From Gemmatimonadota bacterium (lineage in GTDB: Bacteria > Gemmatimonadota > Gemmatimonadetes > Gemmatimonadales > GWC2-71-9): a stretch of DNA of 64,000 nt. Positions within the stretch are counted from its first letter, which is position 1. The number at the start of each line of letters is the position of its first letter. Both the position numbers and the translations under genes were made by a program. The stretch is from contig JBDHDE010000002.1 in NCBI GenBank assembly GCA_039591655.1, forward strand, positions 39,995 through 103,994. The letters run 5' to 3'. The notes under the pieces were generated by a model. That model worked only from the letters and a program-made list of their open reading frames with translations, was not told the origin of the DNA and did not search any database. Shown here in pieces: positions 8,776 to 19,146 of the stretch.

Positions 8776-11355
8776 TCACGGCACCGAATCGGTGCCGCCG
8801 GTGAGTATGCGGCGGAGTTCTTCGTAGGCCCGCCCGAACGCTGTCCAGTCACCCGAGCGGCGCGCGGCGTCCATGCGCTCGAACCACCGCCGCGCCTCTG
8901 CGCGCTCCGCCGCGGCCATGCCGAACGGCGAGGCTTCGGTCTCGACGCGGTCCAGCGCGCTGCGGACCGTGGGACCGCTTCCCACCTCCCGGCCCCAGCC
9001 CACCGCCACGTCCACTAGCTGGGGTGCCGCCTGTCCCTCCCCCGGTGAGGCATAGCTCACCTGCAGCGCCAGCACGCCGTTCTCGAAGGGCACCAGGCGC
9101 AGCGCACCCTGCACTCCTATGGGATCGGCACGCAACCGGGTGAACAGCCGCGCCGCGCGTGTGGGCCCCGGTACCTCCAGCTCCGGCTCTATCTGAAGCA
9201 ACGTCAGGGTGCTCGAGCCGCCACGCACAGTGGCGTCGACGATCCCCGCCAGAAACTCGGACTCTCCAGCCTCCAGGGCCGCCATGAGCCGCAGGCGCAC
9301 CACCGAGTCGGCGGGCGTTCCACCCACCCACCAATAGGGCTCCACGCCACCCAACCGGCCCACTCCCATGGGCGCAGCGGGGGCCCCCAGGAGCGCGCCG
9401 GACGCCCCCCCGCTCTGCAGCAACCCCAGCTGAATGGCGAAGAGCTCCCTCGGATAGCGTAGGTGGGACGCCAGCTCGCCAGGCATCTGGCCGGCGGGCC
9501 GCACGATCTCCGGGGCAATCTGGGCCCACGCCCGGCTCAACGGATCGGAATCGTCGGTGAGATACACCGCGGTCTCACCGGTGCTCGCCTCGACGACGCC
9601 TACGAGACTGGATCGCAGGTAGCGCACCGTCTCCCGACGCCAGCGTGTCCGGGGCACCAGGGGGAACGCACGGGCCCGCACGTACCCAGTCGCCAGCCAG
9701 TAGAGGCGGCCATCGGCGACCACGGCGTGTGGCGCGGAGAACCGCGCGAAGGGCGCGTAGCGATCCAGCCGTCCGACGATGTCGCGGTGCCACAGGACGA
9801 GGGAGGTATCGGCCACGGCGTCCGACGTGACGAGCCGGGGACTCTGCAGCGACCAGGCCAGCGCCAACTGGCGCCACCAACTGCCGGCCGGCACGCCGGC
9901 AATCGCTCCACCCTGCGGCAGCACCGCGAAGTTTACCGCCCCGGGGCTGAACAGCACCCGCGGATCGTCGAGCATGAGCTCTTGCAGCCGGGGTCGGCCC
10001 GAGTCCGGTCGCTCGAGGTCGGTGACGAACAAGGGCAATCCCGTCTCCGAGATCCCATGCGCCTGGACCGCCACGGCGCCCGAGGCTGCGGCATACTCCC
10101 CGACGTGTACCCGCTCCCACGACAGGTCCACGGCGGCGTTGCGCGCCGCCGCCAGATCGACTTCCCGAGCCGCCACGTAGACCGGCACCGCGCGGCCCCG
10201 CGCGGTCCGATAGACACCCAGCGTCGCGTCGGTGACCCGGAGATGTTCCACCTGGGCTGCCGCGCGATTGAGGAACACGGTGACGGCGAAGGCGTCCCAC
10301 AGGGGGCCGGCCTCCAGCTCGGCGCGGTGTTGCCGCACACTCGAGGGCTCGGGAGGGGCCCCGAGGTCCAGCATGGCATGTGAGCTCCCGGCGCCAAACG
10401 CCTCCCGCAGGAAGGCGGACCGGCTGGCCTCGACTTGCTCGAGGTGGAGCTCCTCCGGCGTGCGAACCGCACCCGCGAACGCCGGCACGAGATAGTGACC
10501 GGCGAACGAAACGGCCGCGAGCAACGTCCACGGCACCACGACGACCGCAACCCGCCGGCTCCACATCCAGAAGAGCGACGCGCCCGCGGTGATCAGTGCG
10601 AGCACGCTGAGCATTCGCGCGACTGGGATTCGCACGCCGCTGAGTACCGTGTCGGCGGGGACGTCGTGGATCCCGGCCACGTACTCGGCCGGCTCCAGGC
10701 GGTATCCCCAGAACAGGGCCAGCGCGAAGGCGAGGAGGAGGCCTGCGAGGTGCCAGCGGGCCAGGTCGTTCACCCGCAGTCGGCGGCGACCGCCCCAGCG
10801 GATCGCGCCGACGGCCGCGTAGAGGACCGCCGTGATCCCGAGCATCACTCCGCTCAGCAGGGTGACGAAGGAGTGAATGGTGCGCTGCCAGGGAAGCTGA
10901 TAGAGGTAGTAGCCGATGTCGCGCCCCAGCACGGGGTCCGTGACGCCCAGCGGCACATCGAATCCCGCCAGGGCCCGCGCATACCACCATCCATCGGCCC
11001 GATGGCTGAAGGCGATGGCAAGCAGCAGCCCCGCCGCGGCAGCGGCCACCAGCAGGTAGTGCCGCGGCACCGCCTCCAGGATCTCCAAGTTGCCCAGCCG
11101 GCGGGGAACGTGAACCGACCCGATGGAGCGGTAGACCAGGTAGAGGTTTCCGAGGCACCAGCTCGCCGCGGCGACGAAGGCTGTGAGCAACAGCATCGTC
11201 TGGAGCGACCGGACGTGAGCGTGGGTGGCGCCGACGCCCAGCGCTTCAGCCCACAGCGCGTCGGCGGTGGACACGGCCAGCCATCGCCCGCCGAGCAGGG
11301 CGATCAGCGCGGCCGCGACGGCCAGCTTCACCAGCCACTTGCCCCGCGGCCCCAT
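8776..11355 (-). CDS. UPF0182 (COG1615) family membrane protein
   Basis: N-terminal TM helices, DPVLGRDIGYYLYQLP, RYAPF, YLRSS, DPLSRAW, HLRYPRELF, C-terminal RSGDWTAFGRAY; start trimmed to ATG 11355. Confidence 0.85.
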   Translation of the reverse strand: MGPRGKWLVKLAVAAALIALLGGRWLAVSTADALWAEALGVGATHAHVRSLQTMLLLTAFVAAASWCLGNLYLVYRSIGSVHVPRRLGNLEILEAVPRHYLLVAAAAAGLLLAIAFSHRADGWWYARALAGFDVPLGVTDPVLGRDIGYYLYQLPWQRTIHSFVTLLSGVMLGITAVLYAAVGAIRWGGRRRLRVNDLARWHLAGLLLAFALALFWGYRLEPAEYVAGIHDVPADTVLSGVRIPVARMLSVLALITAGASLFWMWSRRVAVVVVPWTLLAAVSFAGHYLVPAFAGAVRTPEELHLEQVEASRSAFLREAFGAGSSHAMLDLGAPPEPSSVRQHRAELEAGPLWDAFAVTVFLNRAAAQVEHLRVTDATLGVYRTARGRAVPVYVAAREVDLAAARNAAVDLSWERVHVGEYAAASGAVAVQAHGISETGLPLFVTDLERPDSGRPRLQELMLDDPRVLFSPGAVNFAVLPQGGAIAGVPAGSWWRQLALAWSLQSPRLVTSDAVADTSLVLWHRDIVGRLDRYAPFARFSAPHAVVADGRLYWLATGYVRARAFPLVPRTRWRRETVRYLRSSLVGVVEASTGETAVYLTDDSDPLSRAWAQIAPEIVRPAGQMPGELASHLRYPRELFAIQLGLLQSGGASGALLGAPAAPMGVGRLGGVEPYWWVGGTPADSVVRLRLMAALEAGESEFLAGIVDATVRGGSSTLTLLQIEPELEVPGPTRAARLFTRLRADPIGVQGALRLVPFENGVLALQVSYASPGEGQAAPQLVDVAVGWGREVGSGPTVRSALDRVETEASPFGMAAAERAEARRWFERMDAARRSGDWTAFGRAYEELRRILTGGTDSVP

Positions 11356-11359
11356 GGGC

Positions 11360-12733
11360 TTACCCCGTGGTGTCCTGCTCCCCAAGCCAGCCCTCCACTT
11401 CCCGGCGATTGCCGGCGAGTGCCTCCTCGGAGGACGCTTCAAAGCGGAGCACGAGCACCGGCTGCGTGTTGGAGGCGCGCAGCAGGCCCCACCCGTCGGG
11501 GAATGTGATCCGCACGCCATCCAGGGTCAGCACCTCGTACCGCTCGCCGAAGTGGCGGGCCGCCGCCTCGACGACGGCGAACTTGCGCTCCTCGGCGCAA
11601 TCCACGCGTAACTCGGGTGTGGCGAAGCTCTTGGGGAGATCGGCGAGCAGCGTGGAGAGCGGTCCCGCGCCTCGCGCCACGATAGCGATGAGCCGCGCCG
11701 CCGCGTAGAGGGCGTCGTCGAAGCCGTAGTAGTCGCCGCCGAAGAACATGTGTCCGCTCATCTCGCCGGCCAGCGGAGCCCCGGTCTCTCTCATCTTGGC
11801 CTTGATGAGCGAATGCCCGGTCTTCCATATGACCGGCTCGAGCCCGACCGCTGCCAGCGCGTCGGCCAACACGTTCGAGCATTTCACGTCGAAGATGACG
11901 GCGTGTCCTGTGCCAGCGCGATCGGCGAGGTCGCGACCGAACAGCACCAGAAGCTGATCTCCGTAGACCACCGCGCCGCTCTCGTCCACTGCACCGATCC
12001 GGTCTCCGTCCCCGTCGAACGCGATGCCCAACTCGGCCTCAGTGCGCCGCACGGCGGCTTGGAGGTCCACGAGGTTCTCCGGCACCGTCGGGTCCGGGTG
12101 GTGGTTCGGGAAGGTGCCGTCGGATTCACAGAAGAGCGGCACCACGTCGGCCCCGAGACGGGTGAGCGCCTCTTCGGCCGCCAGGCTCGCAGTGCCGTTC
12201 CCGCAGTCCACCACGACCTTTACCGGTCGAGCGATGGGACCGTTGCGGGACACGATGGTATCTACGTAGCGCCGCAGCACCGAGTCATTGGCCTCGATCG
12301 TACCGTGGCCCGTGTCGCTTGCATCGGTCTCGATCAGCTGCCGGATCTGCTGGATATCATCCCCGTAGAGCGTCTCGCCCGCGACCACCATCTTGAATCC
12401 GTTGAACTCAGGTGGGTTGTGCGAGCCGGTGACCTGGATTCCCCCATCCACCTCCAACTCGTGCAGGGCGAGATAGAGCGCCGGTGTGGGTACCAGACCG
12501 ACGTCGACGGCCGAGCCGCCCGCCTGAGCCACGCCATCGCGCACGGCCCGGGCCAGGAGCTCACCCGAGGGTCGGTTGTCACGCCCCACGGCCACCCTGG
12601 GATCCCGCCCGATCCTCGAGCGCGCAATGGTCGCGACGGCCCGGCCGATGGCATGGGCCACGGGCGCAGTGAGCTCTTGGTCCACGACGCCCCGGATGTC
12701 GTATTGCCGGAAGATGAAGGAGGGTACGTCCAC
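11360..12733 (-). CDS. phosphomannomutase/phosphoglucomutase (AlgC-type)
   Basis: IFRQYDIRG, TGSHNP (phospho-Ser), FDGDGDR, GEMSGH, RASNTQP. Confidence 0.95.
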   Translation of the reverse strand: MDVPSFIFRQYDIRGVVDQELTAPVAHAIGRAVATIARSRIGRDPRVAVGRDNRPSGELLARAVRDGVAQAGGSAVDVGLVPTPALYLALHELEVDGGIQVTGSHNPPEFNGFKMVVAGETLYGDDIQQIRQLIETDASDTGHGTIEANDSVLRRYVDTIVSRNGPIARPVKVVVDCGNGTASLAAEEALTRLGADVVPLFCESDGTFPNHHPDPTVPENLVDLQAAVRRTEAELGIAFDGDGDRIGAVDESGAVVYGDQLLVLFGRDLADRAGTGHAVIFDVKCSNVLADALAAVGLEPVIWKTGHSLIKAKMRETGAPLAGEMSGHMFFGGDYYGFDDALYAAARLIAIVARGAGPLSTLLADLPKSFATPELRVDCAEERKFAVVEAAARHFGERYEVLTLDGVRITFPDGWGLLRASNTQPVLVLRFEASSEEALAGNRREVEGWLGEQDTTG

Positions 12734-12794
12734 GTCGTCCTCGGTGGATCAGGCCAGCCGCACTACCCGTGGGTCCGGCACGGGGGGCGGTTGG

Positions 12795-14306
12795 CTACCT
12801 CGAAACCGTCAGCATGACCGCCGGCCTGAGCTCCTCACTCCCCCGACGCGCCACGTCCATGGCGCGGCCGGGCCAGACACCCAGCAGCAACAGGATCACG
12901 GCTGTGGCCCCCACCACCCAGCGGGCGATACCGACGACTCGTGTGTGCTCGTGCGCGGTCTCGGAGGCGGGGGGCTTCATGTACATCGCCATGATGACCG
13001 GTAGGTAGTAGCCTGCCGACACGACGGTGGCGCCGACCAGCACCACGGCCAGGAGGCCCTGCCCTGCATCCACGACCGCCGACAAGATATACCACTTGCC
13101 AATGAAGCCGGCCGTGCCCGGGAACCCCAGCAGGGAGAGCATGAACACGGTCATGGCGAAGGCCGTCCAGGGACGGTGCTTGGCAAGCCCGTCGAGATGG
13201 TCGATCCGAACGTCGCGCTCGCCGCGGCGGCCGGCAGCACCCAGGACTGCGAACGCCCCGACCGTCATGAGCGTGTACGCCAGCACGTAGAACAGGAACG
13301 CAGCGGCGCCGAGCGCAGTGCCGCTGGCCACCGTGGCCAGCAGGTAACCGGCGTGTCCGATGGAGCTGTAGGCGAGCATCCGCTTGAGGTTTCGCTGCGC
13401 CAGTGCGACGAGGTTGCCCACGACCATCGTGATGGCCGCCAGCCACCACACGATCTCTGTCCAGACCGCCTCGGCGGGCACGAGGGCCTCGAGCAGCAGA
13501 CGGATCATGGCGGCGAAGGCCGCGGCTTTCACCGCCGCCGCCATGAAGGCGGTGATCGGGGTCGGCGCGCCGTCGTACACGTCGGGCGTCCACATGTGGA
13601 ACGGCACTGCCGCCACCTTGAACGCGAACCCCACCAGCAGCATGGTCAACCCGACGAGCAGCATGACGTTATCGTCGAGGCCCAGCGTGGATATCTGCAC
13701 GTAGATGAGCGCAAGGTTGGTGGTCCCGGTGGAGCCGTAGATCAGCGCGATGCCGTACAGGAGGAACCCTGAAGCGAAGGCGCCAAGGAGAAAGTACTTG
13801 AGCGAAGCCTCCGCCGCGAAGACGCTGCGGCGATCGATACCCGCCAGCACGTAGACGCAGACGGACATCAACTCCAGGCCGAGGAAGATGACGACCAGGT
13901 CAGCGCCTCCGCCCATGAACATCATCCCGAGCGTGGCCAGCAGGAGCAGCACGTAGTACTCCGGCACCACGATGCGCTCCCGCCCCAGGTAGCCCAGGGA
14001 CAGCAGCACGGCGAGCGTCGCCCCTAGCAGGAAGATCACGTCGGTGGCGTAGCGGAAGCCGTCCAGCGCGATCATCGTCTCGAGTCCCAGGGACCGCACA
14101 TCGCGGATCCAGAACACCAGGACCGCCAGCAGCGTCAGGATGAGGCCCACTGTAGCGAGATGCCCCACGAGGCGCTGGTCGCCCTCACTCCGGTGCCGCC
14201 ACGACACCACGATCACCAGCACCAGGATCCACGTCGTGAGCACGAGCTCCGGGAGGAGCGCGAGAACCATGCCGCCGGGGCGGCCCAGGTCAATCAGCGA
14301 TCCCAT
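12795..14306 (-). CDS. nuoN: NADH-quinone oxidoreductase subunit N
   Basis: GLELMS, EASLKYF, FKVAAVPFHMWTPDVYDGAP, KRMLAYSSIGHAG. Confidence 0.97.
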   Translation of the reverse strand: MGSLIDLGRPGGMVLALLPELVLTTWILVLVIVVSWRHRSEGDQRLVGHLATVGLILTLLAVLVFWIRDVRSLGLETMIALDGFRYATDVIFLLGATLAVLLSLGYLGRERIVVPEYYVLLLLATLGMMFMGGGADLVVIFLGLELMSVCVYVLAGIDRRSVFAAEASLKYFLLGAFASGFLLYGIALIYGSTGTTNLALIYVQISTLGLDDNVMLLVGLTMLLVGFAFKVAAVPFHMWTPDVYDGAPTPITAFMAAAVKAAAFAAMIRLLLEALVPAEAVWTEIVWWLAAITMVVGNLVALAQRNLKRMLAYSSIGHAGYLLATVASGTALGAAAFLFYVLAYTLMTVGAFAVLGAAGRRGERDVRIDHLDGLAKHRPWTAFAMTVFMLSLLGFPGTAGFIGKWYILSAVVDAGQGLLAVVLVGATVVSAGYYLPVIMAMYMKPPASETAHEHTRVVGIARWVVGATAVILLLLGVWPGRAMDVARRGSEELRPAVMLTVSR

Positions 14307-15838
14307 GCTCGCCCCTCTTCCGTCCCCCGGACCGTGGTGAACGACTCCTGCGGACCCCGAACCTGCTCCACCAGCGCCTCTGCCGACGCCTCCACCCGGT
14401 GGAGGAACGGCGCGGGATAGACGCCGATCCAGACGATGAGCACGATCAACGGCACCAGCACCAGCAGCTCGCGCCGCGACAGATCAGGCATCCCCTCGTT
14501 CTCGGGCTTGTCGAGCTTGTTGTAGATGATCCGCTGCAGGGCCCGCAACAGGTACATGGCCGCGACGATGACGCCGGTCGCTGCGATCACTACGGCCCAC
14601 GGATAGACGCCGAACGATCCCACGAGCACCAGGAACTCCCCGATGAAGCCGTTGGTCCCCGGCAACCCCACGGAGGACAAGGCCACGATGGTCAGCACCG
14701 TCGCCAGCATCGGGACCACCCTGGCCAACCCGCCAAAGGCAGCGATCTCCCTGGTGTGGGCCCGCTCATACAGCATCCCGGCGAGGAAGAACAGTGCTCC
14801 CGTGGAGACCCCATGGCTGATCATGATGATGATCGCCCCCTCCACGCTCTGCACCGTCACCGCCCAGATCCCGAGCATCACGAATCCGAGATGCGCCACG
14901 GACGAGTAGGCGACCAGCTTCTTGAAGTCGGGCTGCACCATGGCGACCAGCCCGCCGTAGATGATCCCCACGACCGCGAGTATCACCACGACGTTGACGA
15001 CCGCCGGATCCAGAACCACCTGCGGGAAGAAAGGCAGCGCGAACCGCAGGAATCCGTACGTCCCCATCTTCAGGAGGATGCCGGCCAGGATCACGGACCC
15101 GGCGGTGGGGGCCTCGACGTGGGCATCCGGGAGCCACGTGTGGAACGGAAACAGCGGGACCTTGATCGCGAACGCCAGGAAGAACGCGCCGAACAGCCAG
15201 AACGCCCCGCGATACGTCACCGCGATGTTCGCCAGGATGTGGTCGTACGCGAACGAGTAGGTACCGGTCGCGCGTCCCACCTGGTAGTTGATGGTCAGGA
15301 TCGCCACCAGCATGAGCAGCGACCCGACGAAGGTGAACACGAAGAACTTGATCGCGGCGTACAACCGTCGCGGCCCACCCCAAACCCCGATGATGAAGTA
15401 CATCGGGATCAGCATGATCTCCCAGAACACGTAGAACACGAAGAGATCGAGGGCGACGAAGACCCCCAACATGCCTGTAGTGAGCACGAGGAGCAACGCA
15501 TAGTACCCACGCTGCCGCTCCTTGATGTAGTTCCAGCTACCGAGCACGGCGAGCGGCATCGTGAACGTCGTGAGCAGCACCATGAAGAGCGAGATGCCGT
15601 CCAGCCCGAGACGGAACCACACACCCCAGCCCGGGATCCACGGCCGCGCGACTTCGAACTGCATGGCCGCCGTCCCCGGCTCGAACACCCACCAGAGGGG
15701 CACCGACAGCAGGAACTCCGCCGTGGCCGCCACGACAGCCACCCACTTGGCCTCCCGCTCCGGGCGGAGCAACACGACGAGCCCCGCCACCAGGGGAAGG
15801 GCCAGCAACCCGTCGAGCACCCAAGCCTCGTAGTTCAT
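14294..15838 (-). CDS. nuoM: NADH-quinone oxidoreductase subunit M
   Basis: FWEIMLIPMY, IKVPLFPFHTWLPDAHVEAP, LLKMGTYG. Confidence 0.97.
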   Translation of the reverse strand: MNYEAWVLDGLLALPLVAGLVVLLRPEREAKWVAVVAATAEFLLSVPLWWVFEPGTAAMQFEVARPWIPGWGVWFRLGLDGISLFMVLLTTFTMPLAVLGSWNYIKERQRGYYALLLVLTTGMLGVFVALDLFVFYVFWEIMLIPMYFIIGVWGGPRRLYAAIKFFVFTFVGSLLMLVAILTINYQVGRATGTYSFAYDHILANIAVTYRGAFWLFGAFFLAFAIKVPLFPFHTWLPDAHVEAPTAGSVILAGILLKMGTYGFLRFALPFFPQVVLDPAVVNVVVILAVVGIIYGGLVAMVQPDFKKLVAYSSVAHLGFVMLGIWAVTVQSVEGAIIIMISHGVSTGALFFLAGMLYERAHTREIAAFGGLARVVPMLATVLTIVALSSVGLPGTNGFIGEFLVLVGSFGVYPWAVVIAATGVIVAAMYLLRALQRIIYNKLDKPENEGMPDLSRRELLVLVPLIVLIVWIGVYPAPFLHRVEASAEALVEQVRGPQESFTTVRGTEEGRAWDR

Positions 15839-15842
15839 AGCA

Positions 15843-17822
15843 CTACCCCGTCACCACCCGGAGCAGGATCAGCGCAGCCAGCACGAAGAGGAACATGTAC
15901 GTGCCCACGTACCCGGTCTGGAGCCGGCTGCCGATCCATCCCATGGCCCGAGCGAACGTCGCGGACCCGTTCGCGGCGAACCCGTCGATGATGCCTTTGT
16001 CCACCACCTTCCACAGCACATTCTCCGAAAACCACATGATGGGCCGCACGATCAGCGTGTCGTAGATCTCATCCACGTACCACTTGTTTACGAGCACTTT
16101 CTGGATTCCCGATTCCGCCGGCGCCTCGCGCGCCGGCTTCAGCCGCTCGGGCTTGAGCAGCTGCCAGGCTCCCGCGATGCCGAGCGCCACCACCACCGTG
16201 GCTAGACCCACGAGGGCCCACTCGGTGCCATGGGAGAGATGCGCTTCCGGCAAGTAGCGGGCACCCAGCTCGGTAACCGGCTCCATCCAGTGGTGCAGCC
16301 ACCCGCTGCCGGGGAGGATCTCCGGCAGGTTGATTACGCCCGCGACGATACTGCCGATCGCCAGCGCCACCAGCGGCCCCGTCATGACCCACGGGGCCTC
16401 GTGCAGGTGCCTCTCCTCCTCGGTACCCGTCCGGTTGGGCCCGTGGAAGGTGTAGATCATCAGCCGGGTCATGTAGAAGGCTGTGAGCAGTGCCGTCACG
16501 ACACCCACCGCCCACAGCACGTAGAAGGCCGAGGCCTCGTGGCCCCGGGCGAAGGTCGCCGCCAGGATCTCATCCTTGGAGAAGAACCCCGACAATCCCG
16601 GTACCCCCGCGATCGCCAGCGTAGCCACCCACATCAGCGCCGCCGTCCACGGCATCCAGCGACGGAGGCCGCCCATGTTGCGCATGTCCTGGGCATCCTC
16701 GTGCCGGTTCGAATGGTGATACGCGTGATGCAACGCATGGATCACGCTGCCCGATCCGAGGAACAGCAGTGCCTTGAAGAAGGCGTGGGTGGTGAGGTGA
16801 AACATGCCCGCGGCGTACGCTCCGACGCCCACGCCCATGAACATGTAGCCGAGCTGCGAGACGGTGGAGTACGCCAGCACCTTCTTGATGTCCCACTGCT
16901 TCAGTGCGACTGTCGCCGCGAACAGCGCCGTCACGGTTCCTACCGCGGCCACGACAAAGCTCGACACGGGCGCCATGGCAAACAGGACATTGGTCCGGGC
17001 CACCAGGTAGACGCCCGCCGTCACCATCGTCGCCGCGTGGATCAGGGCCGAAACCGGCGTCGGGCCCGCCATGGCATCAGGAAGCCAGGTGTACAACGGA
17101 ATCTGAGCCGACTTGCCGACACATCCCAGGAAGAGCGCGAGGGTAATCAGCGTGATTGTGGTACCGCCGATGGCGAACGCCCGCGGCGCCTGCTCGAACA
17201 CCGCCGTGAACGATAGGCTTCCCACCGCATGGAAGATCAGGAACATCGCTACCATGAAGCCGACATCCCCGATCCGATTCATGATGAACGCCTTCTTGCC
17301 GGCGTTCGCGTAGTCCTGGTTCTCGAACCAGAAGCCGATGAGCAGGTAACTGCAGAGCCCCACCCCCTCCCATCCCACAAACATCACGGGGAAATTGGCC
17401 CCGAGCACCAGCATCAGCATGAAGAAGACGAACAGATTGAGATACGCGAAGTACCGCGGATACCCCGGATCCTCGCCCATGTAGCCGACGCTGAAGATGT
17501 GGATCAGCGCGCTCACACCCGTCACCACGAGCAGCATCACGGCCGACAGCTGATCCACCTGCAGCGCGAACGCGACCTCGAGGTTGCCCGCCGGAATCCA
17601 CCGCCAGTACGTGAGCACGTAGGGCGCGTCGTTCGGCTGCGAGGCGAGCCCGACTACGACCGCGAGAGCGGCGAGGAATGACAGGATCAACACGCCCACA
17701 CCGATCGTGCTAACGGTCCGCTTGGCGTCGCGGCGCAGCAGGGCGATGGACCCGTTCACCAGGAATCCCAGCAACGGGAACAGCAACACCAACCACACCC
17801 ACCCGACCGATGCCGGCATCAT
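15843..17822 (-). CDS. nuoL: NADH-quinone oxidoreductase subunit L
   Basis: [58 protein letters not shown]. Confidence 0.97.
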   Translation of the reverse strand: MMPASVGWVWLVLLFPLLGFLVNGSIALLRRDAKRTVSTIGVGVLILSFLAALAVVVGLASQPNDAPYVLTYWRWIPAGNLEVAFALQVDQLSAVMLLVVTGVSALIHIFSVGYMGEDPGYPRYFAYLNLFVFFMLMLVLGANFPVMFVGWEGVGLCSYLLIGFWFENQDYANAGKKAFIMNRIGDVGFMVAMFLIFHAVGSLSFTAVFEQAPRAFAIGGTTITLITLALFLGCVGKSAQIPLYTWLPDAMAGPTPVSALIHAATMVTAGVYLVARTNVLFAMAPVSSFVVAAVGTVTALFAATVALKQWDIKKVLAYSTVSQLGYMFMGVGVGAYAAGMFHLTTHAFFKALLFLGSGSVIHALHHAYHHSNRHEDAQDMRNMGGLRRWMPWTAALMWVATLAIAGVPGLSGFFSKDEILAATFARGHEASAFYVLWAVGVVTALLTAFYMTRLMIYTFHGPNRTGTEEERHLHEAPWVMTGPLVALAIGSIVAGVINLPEILPGSGWLHHWMEPVTELGARYLPEAHLSHGTEWALVGLATVVVALGIAGAWQLLKPERLKPAREAPAESGIQKVLVNKWYVDEIYDTLIVRPIMWFSENVLWKVVDKGIIDGFAANGSATFARAMGWIGSRLQTGYVGTYMFLFVLAALILLRVVTG

Positions 17823-18115
17823 CCCCTCAGCAGATTGATCTCTCTGACGTCGACCGTGCTCTTGTGTCGGTAGATCCCGATCATGATAGCGAGACCGACC
17901 ACCGCTTCGGCTGCGGCGACTGCCATCACGAAGAACACGATCACCTGACCCTCACGGCCCAACTGCTGTGCCAACGCGATGAACGCGAGGTTCGCCGCGT
18001 TCAGCATCAGCTCGATGCACATGAAGATCACGATGGCATTCCGGCGGAACAGCACCCCGGCTACGCCGAGGCTGAACAGGATGGCCGAAAGACCCAGCGA
18101 TGGTCCGAGGAGCAC
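17819..18115 (-). CDS. nuoK: NADH-quinone oxidoreductase subunit K
   Basis: [29 protein letters not shown]. Confidence 0.97.
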   Translation of the reverse strand: MLLGPSLGLSAILFSLGVAGVLFRRNAIVIFMCIELMLNAANLAFIALAQQLGREGQVIVFFVMAVAAAEAVVGLAIMIGIYRHKSTVDVREINLLRG

Positions 18116-18643
18116 TTAGAGCCTCCTCTTCGCCAGCACCACCGCCCCCACAATAGCGGCGAGCAGCAGCACTGAAGTGATCTCAAACGGTACGAGAAAA
18201 TCGCGGAACAAGGGCTCCGCGATGACCCCAACGGCTCCCTGCTCCTCCGTCATCTGCACGATGACCTCCCGGGGCAGCCGGATCTCCTCCGCTGGGGCGA
18301 TTCGCGTCAGCACCCACAACTCCATGGCGAGAAGCGTCCCCACCGCCAGCATGACGAGACGGCCCGTCCATCCCAGCATGTCGGTCCCGGCGTCGCGCCC
18401 GAGGTTGAGGAGCATGATCACGAACAGGAACAACACCATGATCGCGCCGGCGTACACCAGAACCTGAATCGCGGCGATGAAATGCGCGTCGAGGAGCACG
18501 AAGATCGCCGCGAGGGCGAACAGGGTGCTCACGAGCCACAGCGCGCTCGCCACCGGACTCCGGCGCGTGATGCAGAAGAAGGCCGAAATGACGGCGACGG
18601 AGGCGAAGAACCAGAAGACGGCTTCGATCTGAGTCACGATCAC
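18116..18643 (-). CDS. nuoJ: NADH-quinone oxidoreductase subunit J
   Basis: QVLVYAGAIMVLFLFVIMLL, PFEITSVLLL. Confidence 0.97.
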   Translation of the reverse strand: MIVTQIEAVFWFFASVAVISAFFCITRRSPVASALWLVSTLFALAAIFVLLDAHFIAAIQVLVYAGAIMVLFLFVIMLLNLGRDAGTDMLGWTGRLVMLAVGTLLAMELWVLTRIAPAEEIRLPREVIVQMTEEQGAVGVIAEPLFRDFLVPFEITSVLLLAAIVGAVVLAKRRL

Positions 18644-19146
18644 TCACCCTTGGGATCCGAGGGATCCCAGAGTGTGGATACCGGATGCGTCTGAGCGCAA
18701 AGCCGCTCCAGGTCGTACACGAACCGATCGCGCTCGTACTCCGAATTCTCGTAGTGCACGCCCACGTGAATGGCTTCCTCGGGACATACCTCCTGGCAGT
18801 ACCCGCAGAACACACAACGGAACTCGTCGATCTCGTAGATCAGCGGATACCGGTGGCCCTCCTCATCCTCACCCGGCACCAGCTTGATGCAGTTGGCGGG
18901 ACAGATCTGCGGGCAGAGACCACATGCTACACACTTCGCGCGGCCCTGCTCATCCGTCAGCATCCGGTGCGTCCCACGCCAGCGCGGCGCGAGGGTCCAC
19001 GTATCCGTGGACTTCTGCTCCGGGTACTGCATCGTCCATTTCCTCTGCATCAGATGCCGGAACGTGAGGGCCATCCCCTTGACCGCGGCCCGCAGGTAGG
19101 AGACCTCGCTGTCAGGGCGCTTCATGACCTTGACGCCGATCGCCAT
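18640..19146 (-). CDS. nuoI: NADH-quinone oxidoreductase subunit I
   Basis: CVACGLCPQICP and CVFCGYCQEVCP (two 4Fe-4S motifs). Confidence 0.97.
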   Translation of the reverse strand: MAIGVKVMKRPDSEVSYLRAAVKGMALTFRHLMQRKWTMQYPEQKSTDTWTLAPRWRGTHRMLTDEQGRAKCVACGLCPQICPANCIKLVPGEDEEGHRYPLIYEIDEFRCVFCGYCQEVCPEEAIHVGVHYENSEYERDRFVYDLERLCAQTHPVSTLWDPSDPKGE

